Positions 21,745-30,601 of a DNA stretch of 64,000 bases are shown here, piece after piece (position 1 is the stretch's first letter; each line of letters starts with the position of its first letter). The notes beneath the pieces were generated by a model, which did no database searches, had not been told where the DNA came from, and saw nothing but the letters and a program-made list of their open reading frames with translations. The DNA comes from Paludibacteraceae bacterium (GTDB lineage: Bacteria > Bacillota_I > Bacilli_A > RFN20 > CAG-826): positions 18,040-82,039 of the forward strand of contig CAVFEQ010000001.1 in the NCBI GenBank assembly GCA_963621535.1, given 5' to 3'. A program made the translations under genes and the position numbers.

Positions 21745-22623
21745 ATGGGAAACAAGGATCAATTCAGCCGGAAAACTTACTTCAGCAAAAGGACATGCCA
21801 AGAGTGTGGATGCAAGTGCGACCCCACCCTTCCTTCTTGCCCTAGCTGCGGGGCGAAAAACCCGGACAAGCGCTCACTGAGTTTCAAAAATTTCCTGCAT
21901 GTCGGCCCTTTTAAAGAGGCAGGTTTCATCGCGCTGGGGACTCTTGGCTTATCCATTTTGGTCTTTTTTATTCAGCTCATCCTCCTTTTGATCGCTAGGC
22001 CCTCCGACCAAAGCGCCTATCTAAGCAGCGGAGAGGGGCTTTTCTGGGCCTACGTCTTTGCCTATCCCCTGCTTTTCGTGGTAATGGGTCTATTGCTATG
22101 GAGCGACTGGAAAAAAACCTTGGCCTCCTTCAAAAACTGGAAGTCTTATGTCGCCGGATTTATCGGCTACGCAGCGATTATGGTTTTCTCCATCGTCTAC
22201 AATCTCATCATCACCGCGATTTATAAAGCCAATGGCATGACTATCCCTGGAGACAACGCGAATCAAAGCAACGTCATCTCGATGGTGCTTTATGGGCCGG
22301 TTGCTTGCGGCTTCGTCATCGGCCTGATCGGGCCGTTTACGGAGGAGCTCGCTTATCGGGTGGGGCTTTTCGGACTTGCTTCAAGGCTTGGCAAATGGGC
22401 CGGCTACGTCTTAGGGATCCTCGTGTTTGCCTTCATCCATTTCGACTTCACGAAAATCGGGAGCGGGGAAATCATCGCCGAGCTCATTTCGCTGCCTAAC
22501 TATCTAGTCTCAGGGGCGGTCCTTTGCTTCCTTTACGACAAATTCGGCATCTGCGGCTCTTGGGTAGGGCACGCGTTGAACAACCTGCAATCGGTCATCC
22601 TCATCGTCGTGCAAGGCAATTAA
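21745..22623 (+). CDS. CPBP (CAAX/Abi) family intramembrane glutamic endopeptidase with N-terminal zinc-ribbon
   Basis: CQECGCKC...CPSCG ribbon. Motifs FTEELAYRVGLF, FIHFD and HALNN in a polytopic protein. Confidence 0.85.
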   Translation: MGNKDQFSRKTYFSKRTCQECGCKCDPTLPSCPSCGAKNPDKRSLSFKNFLHVGPFKEAGFIALGTLGLSILVFFIQLILLLIARPSDQSAYLSSGEGLFWAYVFAYPLLFVVMGLLLWSDWKKTLASFKNWKSYVAGFIGYAAIMVFSIVYNLIITAIYKANGMTIPGDNANQSNVISMVLYGPVACGFVIGLIGPFTEELAYRVGLFGLASRLGKWAGYVLGILVFAFIHFDFTKIGSGEIIAELISLPNYLVSGAVLCFLYDKFGICGSWVGHALNNLQSVILIVVQGN

Positions 22624-22624
22624 A

Positions 22625-23539
22625 ATGAGCGAAACTTGGAGAGAAAAGGCGCAAATCCTTAACGAATTCGTCTTGAAGATCCTCGCCTTGATCTTCATGA
22701 CCATCGATCATGTCGGCTTGTTTTTGCTCGCTTATTTAGGGAGCGCGAACGCCTGTGGAATCGTTTTCCGCACCCTAGGGAGAATCGCTTTCCCCCTCTT
22801 CGCCTTCATGCTGGCGGAAGGGATAAGAAAAAGCCACCACAAAGAGAGATACCTCCTCCGCCTCGCTTCGATGTGGGCGCTCATCGCCATTGCCCAAACC
22901 GTTCTTTTTTACGGCTTTGGCTTCAATGCGATCAAATCTTCGACAAACGCCTTTGCCGATCTTCTCGTTGGCGGGACATTTCTTTATTGTCTCAATTACT
23001 TGCCTAGCAAAAAGAAGGCTTTTGCCTTGATTCCTTTGCTGATTGCCTTAGGCTCCTACGCGTTTCAGGTTTGCTGCATGAATATCCCTGAGCTTTCCAA
23101 TGCCCCCTATTTCTATTCCCCGGGCTATTCCTTATTCGGCTTTGCGCTCATCGCGGGCTTTTATTATGCGAAAAACATCGTCGACAAGATCTCTTCGAAA
23201 TATCTAGAAGGCTCGGGCCAATCCCTTGAGGCGTTCCAAGAGAGCCGTTCCTACCAAGGCTTGCTCAACATGCTTTGCGCATGCGTGCTGTTCCTAGTCA
23301 CGATCATCTGCTGGGGCATCTCCTATATCCCAAACGTCTCGCTTGACGTGTTGCTGATGCACGCAAGCCAAAGCGGGGAAGTCGGCCAATCCTGGTGCCT
23401 GCTCGCCATTTTGCCGATCCTTCTTTTCAACGGCAAAAGAGGGCAAGACAGCAAAGCCTTCCGCGTGTCCACCTATGTTTATTATCCGATGCATATCGCT
23501 ATCATCTTCGCGATCTTTTACGTAATATTTGAACTATAA
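22625..23539 (+). CDS. TraX-family membrane protein
   Basis: LKILALIFMTIDHVGLF N-terminal signature in a polytopic protein. Starts 1 nt after the CPBP stop. Confidence 0.75.
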   Translation: MSETWREKAQILNEFVLKILALIFMTIDHVGLFLLAYLGSANACGIVFRTLGRIAFPLFAFMLAEGIRKSHHKERYLLRLASMWALIAIAQTVLFYGFGFNAIKSSTNAFADLLVGGTFLYCLNYLPSKKKAFALIPLLIALGSYAFQVCCMNIPELSNAPYFYSPGYSLFGFALIAGFYYAKNIVDKISSKYLEGSGQSLEAFQESRSYQGLLNMLCACVLFLVTIICWGISYIPNVSLDVLLMHASQSGEVGQSWCLLAILPILLFNGKRGQDSKAFRVSTYVYYPMHIAIIFAIFYVIFEL

Positions 23540-23551
23540 GGAGAAACAATC

Positions 23552-23854
23552 ATGGTAAAAATCATCCATAGCGCAGACGAGTTCGCCAAAGAGATCGAAA
23601 ACGAAGCCATCGTGGACTTCAACGCGACCTGGTGCGGGCCCTGCCAAATGCTTAAGCCCATCATCGAAAAAGTCGCCGAAGAGCATCCAGAGCTCAACGT
23701 TCTTTCTCTTGACGTGGACGAAGTCCCCTCCCCTTGCGAGAAGCTGGGCGTCTTCTCAATCCCGACTATCATCGTCTTCAAAGACGGCAAAGAGACCAAG
23801 AGGAACGTAGGCTACCTTTCAGAAGCAAACCTAAAGAAGTTCTTGGGGATCTAA
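23552..23854 (+). CDS. trxA: Thioredoxin
   Basis: 100 aa. Active site WCGPC. Confidence 0.95.
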   Translation: MVKIIHSADEFAKEIENEAIVDFNATWCGPCQMLKPIIEKVAEEHPELNVLSLDVDEVPSPCEKLGVFSIPTIIVFKDGKETKRNVGYLSEANLKKFLGI

Positions 23855-23921
23855 GGGGCTCCCGTAGGCTCAAAAAAGCGTTGGACAACCTCCTTTTTTG
23901 TGATATATTAAGCCCCGCTAC

Positions 23922-23998
23922 GGACCATTGGTGTAGCGGCCTAACATGTCTCCCTGTCACGGAGAAGATCACGAGTTCGAATCTCGTATGGTCCGCCA
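23922..23998 (+). tRNA. tRNA-Asp (GTC), CCA encoded
   Basis: Hand-folded cloverleaf. Acceptor GGACCAT/ATGGTCC, anticodon stem TCTCC/GGAGA with loop CTGTCAC, T-arm ACGAG-TTCGAAT-CTCGT, discriminator G plus CCA. Confidence 0.95.
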
Positions 23999-24003
23999 GA
24001 GCT

Positions 24004-24077
24004 GCAGGTGTAGTTCAGTGGTAGAACACCAGCCTTCCAAGCTGGTTATGCGGGTCCGATTCCCGTCACCTGCTCCA
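24004..24077 (+). tRNA. tRNA-Gly (TCC), CCA encoded, atypical T-loop
   Basis: Acceptor GCAGGTG/CACCTGC, D-arm GTTC-AGTGGTA-GAAC, anticodon stem CCAGC/GCTGG with loop CTTCCAA, T-arm GCGGG-TCCGATT-CCCGT. Confidence 0.9.
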
Positions 24078-24083
24078 ACAGCA

Positions 24084-24116
24084 AAAACCCTCGATTATGT
24101 CGAGGTTTTTTATTTT
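24084..24116 (+). terminator. Rho-independent terminator after the trxA-tRNA unit
   Basis: CCTCGA (24089-24094), ttatg, TCGAGG (24100-24105), followed by TTTTTTATTTT. Confidence 0.75.
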
Positions 24117-24421
24117 GTGATGTTGATTCTTGCGATTTTCATCTTTATATACGACGCTTCCTGACGCTTAGACGTCAGCAAATCAGCTCACCCCGTTTTT
24201 TTATCCTCTTGCGATAACGCTTCGACGGAATTGCGACTCCTCTCCTTCTGGTAGATCCCCAGTAGGCCAGTTGAAACAGCAAGGCGAGTTTTGGATAAGG
24301 GAACCTAATCCGCTGCTATTCCAACATAAAAAACGCGCTTTTGCGGAGATTTCTTTTTTATTTAGTTCAAAAATGGGAAAAAAGCCTGCAAAACCCCTTT
24401 AATCTCTATATGCTATGGGGC

Positions 24422-25012
24422 ATGCAAAAAACAATTGTTTTAGCGACGAGCAACCAAGGCAAGGTAAAAGAGTTCGTCGACCTTCTAGGCCCCATCGGAT
24501 ACAAAGTAATCTCGTTGAAAGAAGCGGGGATAATTTCTAATCCCGTCGAGAACGGACTCACCTACAAAGAGAATTGCTTCATCAAGGCCCATGACGCATC
24601 GCTGAAGACTGATTTTCCCGTCCTCGCTGACGACTCAGGCATTGAAATCGAGGCCATGGGCAATAAACCCGGCGTCCACACGGCGAGATATGCGCAAGAG
24701 CAAGGCGGCTTCCCGGCTGTGTTCAACGTGATCTTTGATCACTTAAAAGGCAAGGATAACCGAAAAGCAGCATTCCATTGCTGCTTATGCCTCATCCCAG
24801 GCAAAGACGAAGATCCTCTATTCTTTGAAGGGGTTTGCCCTGGGGAAATCCTTTTCGAGGCAAAGGGAACGAAAGGCTTTGGCTACGATCCGATTTTCCA
24901 TAGTTACGAGGCCAATGAGGATTTTGGAACTGCCAACGAAGAGATCAAAAACAAGTATTCCCATCGGGGAAAAGCCGCTCAAAAGCTGAAAGACTATCTC
25001 CTCACCAAGTAA
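24422..25012 (+). CDS. rdgB: Non-canonical purine NTP (dITP/XTP) pyrophosphatase, RdgB/HAM1 family
   Basis: MQKTIVLATSNQGKVKEF...ADDSGIEI...GFGYDPIF...SHRG. The ORF-track TTG at 24341 adds an unlikely 27-aa extension. Confidence 0.9.
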   Translation: MQKTIVLATSNQGKVKEFVDLLGPIGYKVISLKEAGIISNPVENGLTYKENCFIKAHDASLKTDFPVLADDSGIEIEAMGNKPGVHTARYAQEQGGFPAVFNVIFDHLKGKDNRKAAFHCCLCLIPGKDEDPLFFEGVCPGEILFEAKGTKGFGYDPIFHSYEANEDFGTANEEIKNKYSHRGKAAQKLKDYLLTK

Positions 25013-25742
25013 GGCAAAGGCCGATGATAATGAGCATTTGGGCCAACATGTAAGTGCCCATAATGAAGAAATCCCGTCGTTTGACGTCTTTTACGAACGA
25101 GGTCTTCAGCAAGAAGCAATCGGATACGATAAAACTAACCCCGCCAAGGGCGCAAAGGAAGAGGAACTCGAATTTTCCGAAGAAGCAGCCAACCACGGCG
25201 AAAAGGAAATCCAAAACCAGCATCCCGAAATAAAGCGTTCCCCCAAAAGCCATGTGCGGCTCCTTGACCGCCTTATGGATGCGATGGTAGCCCAGGAAGC
25301 AAAATAAGATGTAAAACACCGCAAAACCCACGTAAACTTCCCAGGGGAAATCGCAAATAAGGCAATATCCAGCGATATAAAAGATATGCCCGATCAAAAA
25401 GGAAAGCGTTCCGAACACCATCGGGTAGACTTTGTGTTTCTTCAGCAAGAAGAAATCCCCAACGACCCCAAAAGAGGCGCCGACATATATCACCCAAGCT
25501 TCGCTTTTCCAAAAAGCAGCCATCGCCACCAGGAAGCCGACGCAGAAGCATTTCGTGATTTTCCTGCCCAAATCGTTTTCGACGAACGCGAAATAAAGCT
25601 CTATTCCCGTTGCAAGAATGGACAAGCCAAAGAAAACGTAAGCGACCGCGGGGATGTTAGAGAAAGCTGAGTTGCCCATAAGCAATCCTATAATAGCGAT
25701 TTTCGTTTTTATCTTCCATCGGGCTTCGTATAATTCAATCAA
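25002..25742 (-). CDS. YhhN-family (lysoplasmalogenase-like) membrane protein
   Basis: Polytopic, 246 aa, with YhhN-like GDFFLL and LIGHIFY blocks. Start uncertain (TTG 25742 or ATG 25679). Confidence 0.6.
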   Translation of the reverse strand: MIELYEARWKIKTKIAIIGLLMGNSAFSNIPAVAYVFFGLSILATGIELYFAFVENDLGRKITKCFCVGFLVAMAAFWKSEAWVIYVGASFGVVGDFFLLKKHKVYPMVFGTLSFLIGHIFYIAGYCLICDFPWEVYVGFAVFYILFCFLGYHRIHKAVKEPHMAFGGTLYFGMLVLDFLFAVVGCFFGKFEFLFLCALGGVSFIVSDCFLLKTSFVKDVKRRDFFIMGTYMLAQMLIIIGLCLTW

Positions 25743-25756
25743 AAGAGGCGATAAGC

Positions 25757-27106
25757 ATGGACGACAATAAAAAACTCGGCGCGAAAAAATGGATTGCTTT
25801 CATTTTGCTTGGCTTAGCGGGGCAGCTCGCTTGGGCCATCGAGAACAACTACATCAATCTTTGGGTCTATTCCCAATCCGGCCGCGCGGACTTCATCACT
25901 TGGATGACCGTAGGAAGCGCAATCGTCGCCACCGTCACGACTTTCCTCATGGGCGCCTTGTCTGATCGTCTTGGCAAAAGACGGGTCTTCATCGCCGGCG
26001 GATACACCATTTGGGGATTTTTCGTCTTCGCCTTTGCTCTTGCCTCTTTGCGAAATGGAGTGAAGCTATGCGGGGAAGGGGCAAATGCCCTTCTTTGGGT
26101 TGGCATCATGAACGTGATCGTCGACTGCGTGATGACCTTCCTTGGTTCAACGGGGAATGATGCTTGCTTCAACGCGATGGTCACCGAGCAAACCAACGAG
26201 AAAAATCGCCCGTTCGTCGAAACCATCCTTTCCGTTTTGCCTCTTGTCGCCTTGATCATGATGATGGGGATAGGGATGATCTTCGGAGTGCCCGGCAGCC
26301 AGCAAGAAAACGAAACAATCGCCGAATACGCCTCGCGCATCGCAACCCCTTGGCTTTATTTCTTTTTGGTATGTGGGATTCTTACCACGCTTGTTGGGAT
26401 CGCCGGCTTCTTCATTCTCCCAAAAGACAAAGCCATCAAGGACCAAAGAAGCGGCTACTTCAAAAACCTCGCTTATGGCTTCTTGCCTAGCTCAATCAAG
26501 AAGCACCCCCGGTTTTACATCGCTCTCCTCGCTTTTCTTTTCTTCAACATCGCCGTCGATTCGTTCATGCCCTACTACATGGTCTATTTCCAAAGCTTCG
26601 CCGAACTTAATTTCTATCTGGCGATGGGAATCATCGTCGCCGTGGCAATCGTCGGTTCCATCGCCATCGGAGCTTTCCTTGATAAGATCGGCCATCTTAA
26701 GGTCTTGATACCGGCGATTCTGCTGATGGGAAGCGGCGCGCTTCTGCTTTTCCTAAGCCAAGCGTCATGGGTTTTGATCTTCGGAGGCTCTTTGCTGATG
26801 CTAGGCTATCTCGTGGGGACCGCGGTTTTAGGCGCGGAAATCCGCGACCAAACCCCTAAAGGGAAAGAGGGCTCCCTACAAGGCGTGCGCATGATCTTCG
26901 CGGTTATGCTGCCCATGATCATCGGCAGCAATCTCTCCTTAGCAATCTTCCAGCAGCCTGGCCTAGACGCCTATGGGCAGACGACGAAAACGCCAGATCA
27001 TTGGATGTTCCTGGTGACCTGCATTTCGGCTTTATTGACCATTCTTCCATCCCTTTGGCTTATCTTGGCGAATAGAAAAGGCGAAGAAAAAGGGAATCAG
27101 GACTGA
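25757..27106 (+). CDS. MFS transporter
   Basis: 449 aa, about 12 hydrophobic segments. Loop 2-3 motif GALSDRLGKRR. Confidence 0.85.
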   Translation: MDDNKKLGAKKWIAFILLGLAGQLAWAIENNYINLWVYSQSGRADFITWMTVGSAIVATVTTFLMGALSDRLGKRRVFIAGGYTIWGFFVFAFALASLRNGVKLCGEGANALLWVGIMNVIVDCVMTFLGSTGNDACFNAMVTEQTNEKNRPFVETILSVLPLVALIMMMGIGMIFGVPGSQQENETIAEYASRIATPWLYFFLVCGILTTLVGIAGFFILPKDKAIKDQRSGYFKNLAYGFLPSSIKKHPRFYIALLAFLFFNIAVDSFMPYYMVYFQSFAELNFYLAMGIIVAVAIVGSIAIGAFLDKIGHLKVLIPAILLMGSGALLLFLSQASWVLIFGGSLLMLGYLVGTAVLGAEIRDQTPKGKEGSLQGVRMIFAVMLPMIIGSNLSLAIFQQPGLDAYGQTTKTPDHWMFLVTCISALLTILPSLWLILANRKGEEKGNQD

Positions 27107-28884
27107 AACTCGACGTTTGCTTCGCCCGCCCCGATGTTTTTCCATTCGGAGGGGTGCTCGACCTCGCTTTCGAAGCGTTCTTCGCTCATTTCGACGGTGA
27201 TCTTATGGCCGTCCTGTCCCAATTTGGAGCAACCATAGAAAGCGCGCGAGCCAATGGAGAGAAGGCTTGAAGGAAGGGTAAAACCGGACAGGGAATAAAG
27301 CTGAGAAAAAGCGAAGGAATCCGCCTTTTGCAGGCCGGGGATTTCAAGCGTTTCCAAAGATCTATTCCCGCGGAAGGCGTTAGAGGAAACGTATTTAACA
27401 GAGCGAGGCAGGCTAACTTTCGTAAGGGAAGAGAAATAGCTTTCTGTCCCATCCCCGAATTTTTTGATCCCCACGAGCTCGAAAGCTCCAACGCCAGGGA
27501 AGGCATTAAGATCAAGCAAATCGCTTTCAACAAGCTCGCTGCTGCTGCGGCTAGAGGAGGGGACGAACTTATCCATCAAATAGCCACCCCATTCTTCGGA
27601 ATATTCGTAGGTGAATTGATCGCCTTGCTCGCCGTTGCCGTCTAGGGATTTAGGAACAATGACAGGATACAAAGAAAGGTCTTTGTCCGCTGCGCTTGAA
27701 GGATCGACCACGTCAGATTTGTCTACGTCGTTTTTTTCTATGCTCCAAAGCCCGGTGAAAATCTCGTCGCTGGAGAGAAGGCTATCATCGATCACCGTTA
27801 GAAGAACATCCCCAAGGGAGGATCCATAAGAAACCGATTTTTCGGCGATTAACGTTTCGTCGTTGCTCAGGAAGGTAATCTTGAATTCTTCAGGCGAGAC
27901 CTCGAAAACAGGGGATAAAGTACAATCGTAAAGAATGTGTTCACAATCCACGGGCTTGTCTTTTAGCTCGTCTATCCCCTCCCCATAGGTGCCCTCCCAT
28001 CCTTTAAAGGTGTAAACCTTGTGATCGGAGGTGTAATCAGGCAAAACCTTCGTGACTTTGCTCCCGTAGATAACGTTCTCGGTTTCGCTAAGTATTTCGC
28101 TCTTAGTTGAATCTTTGTAAAAGGAGACCGTATAAGACTTCGATTCAGGGCCTGCGAAAAAGGCGGTCAGCTTCAAATCGTCTTTGATTTCAATGTCGGT
28201 TTCAAAGAGCTCGTCCAGGGTATAGGTTCCGCCATCATATTCGTATCCGGCGAAAGCATAGGTTTGGTAATAATATTTCGGCAGCGGGTAATCCAAAGTA
28301 AGGGCGGTTTTAGCCGCTTCTATAGAGCCATATTCTTTCATTAAAGCATCGCTTAGTTTAGTTCCGTGTTCAACGGAGGCTGTATAGATAGAGGTGTAAT
28401 CCGCGTTTTCAATAGTCACGTTATACGTGTTGATTTTTTCGCTAAAATGAGCAAAAACTGCGCAATTCCCCTTTATTTCTTTCAAATCAACCTTAGTGTT
28501 GGCTAAATTTTCCGCAGTTGAAGATGGCTCATCCGTCGTTTCTTCGTCCAAAGCGGTTTCTTCATAAAAGCCAACCCAGGAATCCCAAGTATAGGCGTAG
28601 CCTTCTTTCGTTCGGCGGCTGTTCTCATAGTCTATCGCCTTGCCGTTTTCATCTTTCACGAGGCTAGTCAAGCGCGCGGTTTTATTCGCGCCACCTTTGA
28701 CGACATAGCCTTCGCCGATTTTCGTTGCCAAATTTTTATTGAGCTTGCCGGGTTCATATTCGATGTCGTCATAATCCGTGTAAAACTCAATGGTATAAAC
28801 ATCCGCATCCTGCTTAACGTTGCAAGATAACAAGGCAGAAGAGAGAACAAGAAGTCCAAATGCGGCGCGGAGTTTTGCGTTCAT
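27097..28884 (-). CDS. Surface lipoprotein with Listeria/Bacteroides-type repeats and C-terminal BspA-type leucine-rich repeats
   Basis: Signal peptide with lipobox LLSC. Repeats end in YTFKGWEG / FAGYEYDG / FTGLWS. The C-terminus has LRR units (SVKYVSSNAFRGNRSLETLEIP..., LLSIGSRAFYGCSKL). Confidence 0.75.
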   Translation of the reverse strand: MNAKLRAAFGLLVLSSALLSCNVKQDADVYTIEFYTDYDDIEYEPGKLNKNLATKIGEGYVVKGGANKTARLTSLVKDENGKAIDYENSRRTKEGYAYTWDSWVGFYEETALDEETTDEPSSTAENLANTKVDLKEIKGNCAVFAHFSEKINTYNVTIENADYTSIYTASVEHGTKLSDALMKEYGSIEAAKTALTLDYPLPKYYYQTYAFAGYEYDGGTYTLDELFETDIEIKDDLKLTAFFAGPESKSYTVSFYKDSTKSEILSETENVIYGSKVTKVLPDYTSDHKVYTFKGWEGTYGEGIDELKDKPVDCEHILYDCTLSPVFEVSPEEFKITFLSNDETLIAEKSVSYGSSLGDVLLTVIDDSLLSSDEIFTGLWSIEKNDVDKSDVVDPSSAADKDLSLYPVIVPKSLDGNGEQGDQFTYEYSEEWGGYLMDKFVPSSSRSSSELVESDLLDLNAFPGVGAFELVGIKKFGDGTESYFSSLTKVSLPRSVKYVSSNAFRGNRSLETLEIPGLQKADSFAFSQLYSLSGFTLPSSLLSIGSRAFYGCSKLGQDGHKITVEMSEERFESEVEHPSEWKNIGAGEANVEFQS

Positions 28885-28981
28885 AGGGGTATTATCCTAT
28901 CAAACTCTCTTCTTAGGAAGAGAAAAGCGCCTTGTTCCTTTCTCGTATGTAGCGTATATTACTCCGCGGTAGGTATTTTTT

Positions 28982-29440
28982 ATGAACCGTAAAGTTAACG
29001 TATTGCTTGGGCTCGGCGTGGCCCTTATGGCGGCAGTTGCTGTCTTCGTTCTTTTCTCTTACGCCTTCAATGACACGCAGGATTTAGGCTACAACGGAGC
29101 CAGCGTGTTCACCGCGATGTTTGGCAACAAGAATCGCAACTTGGGCGCTGTTCCGGGCTTGATTGTCGCCTTCTCCTTTGAGCTAGCCGGCTTTGTCTTT
29201 GGCATCATCGCTGGGGCGTTCAAAGGCAAGCTCAGCTCCTTGCTTTTCGGCCTTACCTTCGCTTTCTTGCTTACCGCCGGGATCCTCTTCCTGAACGGGG
29301 TCAACCTCTATAACAGCGTCAACGCCTATCATGGCATGGATTCGATTTCCCTTGGCAGCGGCTCGATTTGCACCGTTGTCTTCGCTTTCGTTGGCGCATT
29401 GCTCAGCCTTTACGGCGCTTACAGCAATTGGAAAGCCTAA
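28982..29440 (+). CDS. Small membrane protein, 152 aa, four hydrophobic segments
   Basis: ORF with clear TM periodicity and a terminator immediately downstream. Confidence 0.6.
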   Translation: MNRKVNVLLGLGVALMAAVAVFVLFSYAFNDTQDLGYNGASVFTAMFGNKNRNLGAVPGLIVAFSFELAGFVFGIIAGAFKGKLSSLLFGLTFAFLLTAGILFLNGVNLYNSVNAYHGMDSISLGSGSICTVVFAFVGALLSLYGAYSNWKA

Positions 29441-29460
29441 TTGGCGTTTCAAGAAAACTT

Positions 29461-29489
29461 GAGCCCTCGAAAGAGGGCTTTTCCTTTGC
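29461..29489 (+). terminator. Rho-independent terminator
   Basis: AGCCCTC-gaaa-GAGGGCT followed by TTTCCTTTG. Confidence 0.8.
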
Positions 29490-29523
29490 AAAAGACCGGT
29501 CAAGAGGATGGATTTGTCGGACA

Positions 29524-30576
29524 TTAATCCGCGAGGTATCTTTCTTTTGAAATGATGAATTCCCCAAATCTTGGAAGCAAGAATTCTGACTTTCCTCTTG
29601 TGGATGTACCGATAATGCCCTCATCCGACAACTTCTTTTTATATATCGCCAGGTTTCCTTTCGAAATGCCTAAAGAAGTCATGATTTCCTGATTGGTTGA
29701 ACTGCCATGGGCAATACAACTTAAGATTCTTCTATCCCCATCCGTTAGCTCATTCCATATGATTTCATATGACCATTCGGCAATTCTCGAATCGAACTCC
29801 TTAATGATGCTCGGGCTTAATTTATTAACGTTGTTTCTGTATAAAATATCACCGAGCAACTGATATGCCATAGCGTATCCCTTGGTAAATTTCGCCAGCC
29901 TGATCGACTCGGCCTCAGATATATCGAAGGTTGTTTCGTATGAATGCGCGATACCTGAAATCGAAAGGGGCGAAAGGCTTACCTTAGGAGATCTGTACAA
30001 AAACGTTAAAGATTTGTCCGCCTCTAATTTGGATATGTTTTTCCTAAGGCCAGTCATCAACAGTTTAACCTCGTAATGATCAATCAAAAAGCCTTGATAT
30101 GACCTAATGAAGCTGACCATTTCCTCATTTTTGGCAACGTCATCGATTGCAATGAGAACGCGAACGCCTTTATCCGCGAAATACTTAAATAACTTTTCTA
30201 GATAAACTTCGATGTTCGTTATTGGCTTTTCGCCTTTCACTTGGAAAGTCAAACCTGAGAAAGAAAACGAAAACTCTAATTTAAGAGACCTGATTTTTGA
30301 TACGCCATTGTCGTATAAGACGCTGGCTAATTGCTCAAGCATATTCTTCGATTGGGTAAGCCTAGCAACAATCCAACCCTCTTTTTCCCGGTATATGTCG
30401 AGGATATGACTTAATGTCACGGTTTTGCCGCATCCCCTGGGACCGGTGATGATATAGACCGTGTTTCTAACGTAGTCAGAATTGAAATCTTCCAGTATGG
30501 GTTCAATTTGTTGGTCTCTCTCGATAACTTTCTTGTTGATCCTGCCAAACGAAATTGAAAATGGGTTTTGAGTCAT
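29524..30576 (-). CDS. AAA+/STAND-like P-loop ATPase with C-terminal winged-helix DNA-binding domain
   Basis: Walker A GPRGCGKT, Walker B VLIAIDDV. C-terminus DGDRRILSCIAHGSSTNQEIMTSLGISKGNLAIYKKKLSDEGII is HTH-like. AGGGAGGAG lies 5 nt upstream of ATG 30576. The gene is visibly more AT-rich than its neighbours. Confidence 0.75.
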   Translation of the reverse strand: MTQNPFSISFGRINKKVIERDQQIEPILEDFNSDYVRNTVYIITGPRGCGKTVTLSHILDIYREKEGWIVARLTQSKNMLEQLASVLYDNGVSKIRSLKLEFSFSFSGLTFQVKGEKPITNIEVYLEKLFKYFADKGVRVLIAIDDVAKNEEMVSFIRSYQGFLIDHYEVKLLMTGLRKNISKLEADKSLTFLYRSPKVSLSPLSISGIAHSYETTFDISEAESIRLAKFTKGYAMAYQLLGDILYRNNVNKLSPSIIKEFDSRIAEWSYEIIWNELTDGDRRILSCIAHGSSTNQEIMTSLGISKGNLAIYKKKLSDEGIIGTSTRGKSEFLLPRFGEFIISKERYLAD

Positions 30577-30601
30577 GCATTCTCCTCCCTTCATCCGAAA
30601 G

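Noticed and set aside
23946-24164. 72-aa plus-strand ORF
   Set aside because: It runs straight through the tRNA-Asp and tRNA-Gly genes and their terminator.
24200-24330. Possible SRP (4.5S) RNA, because of strings such as GAAACAGCAAGG and CTGTTTCAAC
   Set aside because: On neither strand could I build the conserved domain IV hairpin (GGAA tetraloop flanked by the AGCAGC/symmetric loop motifs), and the flanks do not pair.
29480-29493. TTCCTTTG(N)AAAAG at both edges of the AT-rich islet (also 30977-30992), read as attL/attR or a target-site duplication
   Set aside because: Each copy is also just the U-tract or A-tract flank of an intrinsic terminator, and 8 identical bases can arise by chance. 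It is kept only as a weak note inside the islet finding.
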